From Nitrospirota bacterium (GTDB lineage: Bacteria > Nitrospirota > JACRHJ01): a stretch of DNA of 64,000 bases. The translations under genes were made by a program, and so were the position numbers. Below, in pieces: positions 57,800-64,000 of this stretch (positions are counted from its first letter, which is position 1; every line of letters starts with the position of its first letter). The notes under the pieces are model-generated. The model ran no database searches, was not told the DNA's origin, and saw nothing but the letters and a program-made list of their open reading frames with translations. The DNA lies in contig CAWJRJ010000017.1 of assembly GCA_963845245.1 (NCBI GenBank), forward strand, positions 128,001 to 192,000, in the 5' to 3' direction.

Positions 57800-57925
57800 C
57801 AAACCACTGCTTTATAGCGCACCTTATGGTCAAGACTTTAGGATTATTGTTTGCTGTCCGGAATTATTCCTCCCGAACAGCCCCCCAAAGGTCCCGGCTC
57901 GCCAAATTGCCGGGACCTTTTTTAA
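57800..57925 (+). ncRNA. Candidate small RNA
   Basis: TTGACA (57769-74) with an AATAAT-like -10, an internal hairpin with a CU-rich loop, and a strong terminator; no convincing ORF. Confidence 0.4.
57887..57923 (+). terminator. Intrinsic terminator
   Basis: AAAGGTCCCGGC-TCGCCAAATT-GCCGGGACCTTT-TTT. Confidence 0.85.
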
Positions 57926-58035
57926 TCCAATATTCCCCTTCTTCTGTTGACATTATGCCTCTAATTTCATAAAGTAAGTGATATCAATCAATTATGCGTC
58001 GTTTTATGCTGGCGGACGATGCGAAAAATGTCTAG

Positions 58036-59072
58036 GTGCGAGTTAACGTATTGTTCAAACTAAAAAACATAGATTCCGCGACGATGTTCTGGTACTCCGT
58101 AGCTTTTGTCGTCCTGGTTGTGATTGCCGGGACTGCGGGGTACTCCTATGTTGAAGGCTGGAATCTCCTCGACTCGCTTTTCATGACCCTCACTACGATC
58201 ACGACCATTGGATATGGGGAGGTGCATCCGCTTACCCAAACAGGGGTAGTCTTCACTATCTTCCTGATAATATTCGGGGTAGGCACAGTCGCGTTCGCCG
58301 TCAGAAACGCCACAAGGATGATGCTTGAAGGGGAGTTCAGGAATCTACTCGGGAGGAACAAGGTGGAGCAGAAGATAAAGAAACTTAAAGACCACTATAT
58401 AGTCTGCGGGTTCGGCAGGATGGGCAGGCTGATATGCCGGGAACTCGAACGCAAGCCCGTCCCCTTCGTGAGTAATAGAGAAGAACACCGATAACATTAC
58501 CGAGGCCGAATGGGAGTCGAACCTTATCATCAAGGGCGACGCGGACAAGGACGACGTGCTGATGCAGGCGGGGATCGACAGGGCCAAAGGGCTTATAACT
58601 GTGGTCTCCACGGATGCGGACAACCTCTACATAGTGCTTACCGCAAGGGGCCTGAACCCAGACCTTTACATTGTCGCAAGGGCAGGTGAGGACGGTTCTG
58701 AAAAGAAGCTTCATACGCGCTGGCGCGAGCAAGGTTATCTCGCCGTACCTTATAGGCGCGGACAGGATGGCGCAGGCGGTTCTAAGGCCGGCGGTGGTTG
58801 ACTTCATAGAGTTCGCGACCCAGTCAGAGAACCTTGAGCTCAAGATGGAGGAAGTAACGATAAACTCCGGGTCTTCGCTTGCGGGGCAGGCGATAAACAA
58901 GAGCGGCATCAGGCAGGACCTCGGGATAATAATAGTGGCCATCAAGCGAAGCGACGGCAGGATGGAATTCAACCCAAGCCCTGAGTCCATCCTTCACGGG
59001 GGCGACTGCCTTATCGCATTAGGCCAGCCGGCGCAGCTCAAGGTGCTGGAAGAGATTACAAACGGGAGGTAG
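58036..59072 (+). CDS. 2-TM potassium channel with RCK (TrkA-N/TrkA-C) domains (frameshifts near 58471 and 58712)
   Basis: TTIGYG selectivity filter, HYIVCGFGRMG, GDA, AGIDRA, RAGASKVISPY, FNPSP. Confidence 0.92.
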
Positions 59073-59076
59073 ACCG

Positions 59077-59301
59077 ATGCCTGGGCTCGGCTCGTTCGGC
59101 AGGCTGCTTGTGATATCAGGCGCGGTCCTTGTTCTGGTAGGGCTTGTCTTCATGCTTTCCGGAAAGATACCGTGGTTTGGCAGGCTGCCGGGTGACATAT
59201 ACATTAAAAAGAAGAGCGTCACCTTCTATATCCCACTGGGCACGAGCATACTATTAAGCATCATCCTCTCATTGATACTCTGGTTTATTAACAGGAAGTA
59301 G
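59077..59301 (+). CDS. DUF2905 membrane protein
   Basis: GRLPGDIYI..FYIPLGTSILLS. Confidence 0.88.
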   Translation: MPGLGSFGRLLVISGAVLVLVGLVFMLSGKIPWFGRLPGDIYIKKKSVTFYIPLGTSILLSIILSLILWFINRK

Positions 59302-60438
59302 ATGTACATAATACCCGCTATATTATTACTGGTCCTATCCATCGCAACCCCAGCCATCGCGCAGCAGGAGACTATACGTATCCTGATGCTGGACAATCTC
59401 CCCTCGGTCACGCTTGATATCCCGGATGATTACTGCATTAAGGATACCGGAGAAGAAACCGCGCTTGACGGCGGCTCGACTGACGGTAAAAAGCTTGTGT
59501 TGGACGGCCGCGAAAAGTCTCCTGAGGCGGTACGGATAAATGCGTCAGGGTCCGTGGTGAACATAAACGCATTTGCCCTTACAGGCATGATCGACATAAG
59601 GAAGAACAAAAAGGGCTCCTATCAGGTTATAAACGAGCTTGGCCTTGAAGACTATGTCAGGGCGGTGGTCGGTGAAGAGATGTCTTCCCGGTGGCCCCTG
59701 GAGGCATTGAAGGCACAGGCCGTAATCGCAAGGACGTATGCTCTTTACCGGAAGTCAAAGTCTACGTCATCCCTGTACGACCTCTCGGCGACGGTTGATT
59801 CGCAGATGTTTACCGGAGACGCGCGGGACAAGCAGGGCCCGGCCGCCGCGGCCAGAGACACAGCGGGCGAGGTGCTTACCTACGAGGGCGAGGTCATAGA
59901 GACTGTGTATCACTCCGCCTGCGGGGGCGAGACCGAGAAGGCAAAAGATGTGTGGGACAGGGATTATCCTTATCTTAAATCACAGGACTGCCCGTGCGGG
60001 AAAGAGTCCCCATATGCCAGGTGGGAAAAAACATTTGCAATAAAGGAGATCGAGAGGGCTTTGGCCGCCGGAGGGTATTCTGTGTCCGGCATAAGCAGGA
60101 TACGCATCCTCGATAGGAGCGATACCAAAAGAGTCAAAATGGTGAAGGTGAGTGCTTCATCCGGCAGCATAAATATCAAGGGTATCGATTTCAGGCGGCT
60201 ACTGGGGTACTCAAAACTTCCAAGCACCGCGTTCGAGGTGAGGAAGGAAGATTCAAAGTTTATTTTCTCCGGCAAGGGCTCCGGACATGGCGTCGGGCTT
60301 TGTCAGTGGGGCGCGAAGGTCATGGCCGATGAAGGCAAAGGCTACCGTGAGATACTGGAACATTACTACCCCGGTACTGTCCTTGTAAATACAAATGCAC
60401 TAAGTTCGCAAGCCGTGGATACTGCACATGCTGATTGA
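59302..60438 (+). CDS. SpoIID/LytB domain protein
   Basis: LEDYVRAVV..EM..WPLEALKAQAVIARTY, YHSACGG, GHGVGLCQWGA. Confidence 0.93.
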   Translation: MYIIPAILLLVLSIATPAIAQQETIRILMLDNLPSVTLDIPDDYCIKDTGEETALDGGSTDGKKLVLDGREKSPEAVRINASGSVVNINAFALTGMIDIRKNKKGSYQVINELGLEDYVRAVVGEEMSSRWPLEALKAQAVIARTYALYRKSKSTSSLYDLSATVDSQMFTGDARDKQGPAAAARDTAGEVLTYEGEVIETVYHSACGGETEKAKDVWDRDYPYLKSQDCPCGKESPYARWEKTFAIKEIERALAAGGYSVSGISRIRILDRSDTKRVKMVKVSASSGSINIKGIDFRRLLGYSKLPSTAFEVRKEDSKFIFSGKGSGHGVGLCQWGAKVMADEGKGYREILEHYYPGTVLVNTNALSSQAVDTAHAD

Positions 60439-61456
60439 CGAGTTTGATTTCACCCTGCCCGACGAACTGATTGCACAAGAGCCTTCCAGAGAACGGGACT
60501 CATCGAGGCTCATGGTTTTAAACCGTGCAAACGGTTTTGTCGAGCATAAAGTTTTTCACGATTTACCGGGTTATTTCAGGCCGGGTGACGTGCTTGTCAT
60601 AAACAACACCAAAGTATATCCTGCAAGGGTCAAGGGCGTGAAATCCGGTACCGGGGGCGCTGTTGAGGCGCTTCTAGCAAAGGACCTGGGTGGCGGTAAC
60701 TTCGAAGCCCTTGTAAGAGGAAAGATTAGAGAGGGCTCTGGGATAGTTTTTGATGGCGGACTCGATGCTATGGCTGGCAAAGACCTGGGCGGCGGCAGGT
60801 GGGTGATAAGCTTTTCCATGAAAGATGGGCTGGACGAGGCCATAGATGCGGTCGGAAGGATGCCTCTCCCACCGTATATCAGCCAGGATGGAAGGGGCGA
60901 GGAGTTTGACAGGGAACGATACCAGACTGTGTACGCAGCCGAGCGTGGCGCTGTTGCGGCACCTACTGCGGGCCTGCACTTCACCGGCGGGCTTCTTGAC
61001 CGCATCCGGGAGTCAGGTGTCCTGGTAGCCCCGATCACGCTTCATGTGGGCATCGGCACATTCATGCCGGTACGTGAAAGCGTGGTAGAGCGGCACGTGA
61101 TGCACGAGGAGCAGTACAGCATATCTTCTTCATCCGCGGAGTTGATAAACTCTGCCAGGAGGCGCGGCGGGAGGGTGTTCGCAGTCGGCACGACCAGCGC
61201 ACGTGCAATAGAGTCGGCCTCGTCGGCGGACGGGGAGGTAAAGGCATGCGGAGGGGAGACCGGAATATTCATTTATCCGGGTTACAAATTCAAGGCGGTC
61301 GACGCGCTCATAACTAATTTTCACCTTCCCAAATCAACCCTCCTTATGCTAGTATGTGCTTTGGCCGGGACGGAAAATGTGTTCGCCGCCTATGCAGTGG
61401 CCGTGAAGGAAAAATACCGTTTTTACAGCTATGGCGACGCAATGCTTGTAATATAG
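60428..61456 (+). CDS. queA: S-adenosylmethionine:tRNA ribosyltransferase-isomerase
   Basis: LPDELIAQ, PLPPYI, YQTVYA, AAPTAGLHF, TNFHLPKSTL, YRFYSYGDAM. Confidence 0.97.
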   Translation: MLIDEFDFTLPDELIAQEPSRERDSSRLMVLNRANGFVEHKVFHDLPGYFRPGDVLVINNTKVYPARVKGVKSGTGGAVEALLAKDLGGGNFEALVRGKIREGSGIVFDGGLDAMAGKDLGGGRWVISFSMKDGLDEAIDAVGRMPLPPYISQDGRGEEFDRERYQTVYAAERGAVAAPTAGLHFTGGLLDRIRESGVLVAPITLHVGIGTFMPVRESVVERHVMHEEQYSISSSSAELINSARRRGGRVFAVGTTSARAIESASSADGEVKACGGETGIFIYPGYKFKAVDALITNFHLPKSTLLMLVCALAGTENVFAAYAVAVKEKYRFYSYGDAMLVI

Positions 61457-61465
61457 GGTGATGAA

Positions 61466-62129
61466 TTGAAAGAGCTTGGAAAGCTAAAAGACAGTTACGA
61501 CTTTTCGTTTGATGCACGTAAACTGGGGCTGGTCCTTCTTGGGGCATCCGCCGTTGCCGCGCTGGTATTCGTGCTTGGTGTCAGCGTTGGGCTTCAGTGG
61601 GAGAGGAAAAAGTCTGAGGGCAGGCAAAAGTTAGCCATGGCGGCAATGCCTGTAAAACCTGCTCCAGTCGCCCCTCAACTGCCAACTGCCCCGCCGGTAT
61701 ACAAGCCGGTAACGGCCGTACCGCCGCCGCCCGTGGCGCCTCCAGTCCTGCCGGTGAAACCCGAGACCGGGAACGGTCACGATAAGAAGAAAGAGGCCGT
61801 CCAGGACAACCTCACTTATCCCAAAGTCCTGACCTCGAACTCCAAAAACACCGCTCCTTTGACACCTGAAAAGAAAAAGGCGGCAAATGGAGGCAGATAT
61901 ACCGTACAACTCAGCGCCTATAATGATGAATCGGCGGCAAAGGCAAAGGCTGATAAGCTGAAAAAGAAAGGGGTTTGATGCAAGAGTGTATACGGCGGAA
62001 GGCAAGAAGGGTGGCTACAACTACAAAGTCCATATCGGGAGTTTCGGGACCAGGGAAGAAGCTGTCGCACTTTCAAAAAAGCTGAAGGAATCAGAGAAAT
62101 GTTCTCCATTCGTGACAAGCGAGAACTAG
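61466..62129 (+). CDS. SPOR-domain cell division protein (extra G near 61972)
   Basis: TM helix, Pro-rich linker, YTVQLSAY..A..LKKKG[g]FDA..YKVHIGSFGTREEA. Confidence 0.85.
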
Positions 62130-62130
62130 C

Positions 62131-63474
62131 GTGAAAAGGGAGTTTAAAGATTTGTTTAAGAATTATGCGTTTATTATCATCTCTGTTATCATACTTATAC
62201 TGTCCTCGGCAATCGTTACATTTGCCCAGGATAAGCCTGTCGAAAGGAAGCTCCTTGCAAATGGAATGACCGTGTTATTCCAGGAAGACACGGATGAGCC
62301 TGCGTCGGTCTGCCTTTTTATTAAGGCTGGCCCGGCAAGTGAAACTAAAGATAATTACGGCATCACGCGTCTTCTTAACAACGTGTTGCTTTCAATAGAC
62401 CCGTTAGGCAACTCAAACCCGCCGACGATGAGGGTCGAGCAGACCGGGGCCATATTAAATGCTGAAACATCTTCCGAATACTCATGCTTCAAGCTCTCTG
62501 TGCCTTCAAGAAACCTCCCTGCAGCATTAAAAGCTCTTGCAGATGTATTCAGAGGACGCAGCTTTACCGATGCCTCGGTGTTGCGCGAGAAAGAGGCTGT
62601 CGTGTCTTCACGCATGCGTGCGGAAGACCGCTTCGAAGAAAGAGTGGTCAGGACATATGTGGAAAGTACCTTGGAGGATTCCAGGCATCTTCTTATTACC
62701 GAAGGGGATAAGGGGACCGTCTCAGGTTTGGGAGCAAAGCAGCTTGACGCGTGGTATAATGCCAATTACCAGCCTGGGAACATGGTCATTTCCGTCTGTG
62801 GCAAGCTGAACCCTGTATCAACTTTTAAACAGGTAGAAGCGTCTTTTAATGGTGCAGGAACGGGCAAACATCCCTCCGTGCGTTTGGCCTCTATGCCTGC
62901 AGCTACTGCCGGCAGGTTTGATGTAGAGTCTCCTGCGGGTTTTTCGGCGGTATTACTTGGTTACGCAGCACCTCCCATAGGTACCCAGGATTATGCGGCA
63001 ATGTCCGTGGCTGAATCCCTCCTTGCATGCGGCATGGGCTCCAGCATGTTCAGAAAGTTAAGGAACGATTCTGTTTCTGCATACGGGTTCGGCAGCTTGA
63101 TGCCTGTGATCTCGTCTGGCCCCTCACGTCTGGTCCTTTATGCAGTTGCGGAAGATGGCGGTTGTGAGCCGGTCAAGGCAATACTGAACGAATGCGTTGA
63201 CGAACTCAAAGCTGGCGCTTTCAGCAATGACGACCTTGGTCGTGCGAAGTCAGTGTTGACAGGAAGGGCCTCGGCAAAAAGAGAGTCTAATTTCGGGAAG
63301 GCATGGACTGCAGGGTTTTATGACGTCATGGGCCTGGGCCAGGAATACGGGGCAGACTTTGAGAAACAGGTCGGAAGGCTTGGCAAGGACGATCTTGCAA
63401 GGGTGTCCGGGAGATATTTGGACAGACGCTGCGAGGTCGTTCTAAAACCCAGGAGCAACCCAAGCCCATACTGA
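62131..63474 (+). CDS. M16 family peptidase, probably non-catalytic subunit
   Basis: LANGMTV, Y.PGNMVISVCG, LGY.AP, SS.MF..LR; the HxxEH position reads RLLNN. Confidence 0.8.
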   Translation: MKREFKDLFKNYAFIIISVIILILSSAIVTFAQDKPVERKLLANGMTVLFQEDTDEPASVCLFIKAGPASETKDNYGITRLLNNVLLSIDPLGNSNPPTMRVEQTGAILNAETSSEYSCFKLSVPSRNLPAALKALADVFRGRSFTDASVLREKEAVVSSRMRAEDRFEERVVRTYVESTLEDSRHLLITEGDKGTVSGLGAKQLDAWYNANYQPGNMVISVCGKLNPVSTFKQVEASFNGAGTGKHPSVRLASMPAATAGRFDVESPAGFSAVLLGYAAPPIGTQDYAAMSVAESLLACGMGSSMFRKLRNDSVSAYGFGSLMPVISSGPSRLVLYAVAEDGGCEPVKAILNECVDELKAGAFSNDDLGRAKSVLTGRASAKRESNFGKAWTAGFYDVMGLGQEYGADFEKQVGRLGKDDLARVSGRYLDRRCEVVLKPRSNPSPY

Positions 63475-63548
63475 TCCGGAACCAATTTGATTTTATTGTT
63501 TATGAAAAAGAAACATATACCAGAGGCAGGCAAATCTCGGAGGTTGAC

Positions 63549-64000
63549 ATGATAGTTTCATGTTCTGGGTGCGGCGTAAAACTCAAGATCGACGAATCCA
63601 AAATAAAAGAGGGCGGGTCAAAGCTTAAATGCCCGAAGTGCGCCACGATCTTTACGGTCTTCAAGCCAGAGGCCCCGGCTGAAGCGCAGACCCAACCCAT
63701 GCCTCCACCTCCCCCGCTACAACCCCAGGCGCCTCCACCTCCGCCTGTCATGCAGGAGAGGCCGCCCGTACCGCCTCCCATGCCAGAGGAAAAGCCGGTT
63801 GCTCAGGCCCCGGCGTGGCAGCTTAACAGACAGAAGATAGTTGTCGCACATGACGGGGAATCCGTCCGCGTACTGATAAAGGGACTTCTCGACGAAGCTG
63901 GATACGAGACGATAACTGCCTCTGAAGGCATCGAGGCCATGATCGCTATAGAGAGAGAAAAGCCGTTCATGGTGATACTTGACGTTGCCCTGCCCAGGAT
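63549..64000 (+). CDS. Zinc-ribbon (MJ0042-like) + Pro-rich linker + response-regulator receiver, 3'-truncated
   Basis: Manual translation MIVSCSGCGVKLKIDESKI..KLKCPKCATIF..PPPPP..KIVVAHD..EKPFMVILDVALP. Confidence 0.85.
   Translation, partial: MIVSCSGCGVKLKIDESKIKEGGSKLKCPKCATIFTVFKPEAPAEAQTQPMPPPPPLQPQAPPPPPVMQERPPVPPPMPEEKPVAQAPAWQLNRQKIVVAHDGESVRVLIKGLLDEAGYETITASEGIEAMIAIEREKPFMVILDVALPR

Noticed and set aside
57780..57925. c-di-AMP or c-di-GMP riboswitch controlling the K+ channel
   Set aside because: I could not match the conserved ydaO or GEMM motifs, and a separate promoter-like element lies downstream of the terminator.
1..64000. CRISPR arrays, IS elements, prophage and rRNA
   Set aside because: No regularly spaced repeats, transposase, integrase or phage motifs, or rRNA-like sequence were seen.

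Overview
A 64 kb chromosomal segment from an anaerobic or microaerobic sulfur-metabolising bacterium. Gene order and content resemble Nitrospirota or Deltaproteobacteria-like organisms, which is an inference. The first ~15 kb is a large co-oriented dissimilatory sulfur cluster: cytochrome b C-terminus, monoheme cytochrome c, helical-repeat lipoprotein, dsrEFH, a HEAT-repeat protein, reductive-type dsrAB, a divergent dsrD, NADP(H)-type dsrL, a rubrerythrin-like protein, nfnAB, tusA, a CBS protein, a DsrC paralogue lacking its C-terminal cysteines, cobA, an unannotated 53-aa Cys-rich peptide, OsmC and VOC. It mixes classical oxidative markers (dsrEFH) with reductive ones (dsrD, reductive-type dsrAB) and places an electron-bifurcating transhydrogenase next to DsrL. 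This suggests an NADPH-centred, possibly reversible or disproportionating Dsr system. The rest of the window holds a glycosylation cassette, csp, c-di-GMP enzymes, tRNA-Glu, an NAD(P)-linked formate dehydrogenase, a periplasmic metal/thiol-redox operon, a heme-c sensor kinase, Moco genes, the pheA-hisC-aroF-tyrA-aroA-cmk-plsC-rpsA-sppA-ihfB block, a RACo/ASKHA protein, a MerR/Cys-rich regulator, a candidate sRNA, a K+ channel and queA. About 18 single-base frameshifts in about 10 genes look like long-read indel errors rather than true pseudogenes. No CRISPR array, rRNA, integrase or transposase was seen. All calls come from reading motifs by eye; no database searches were run.
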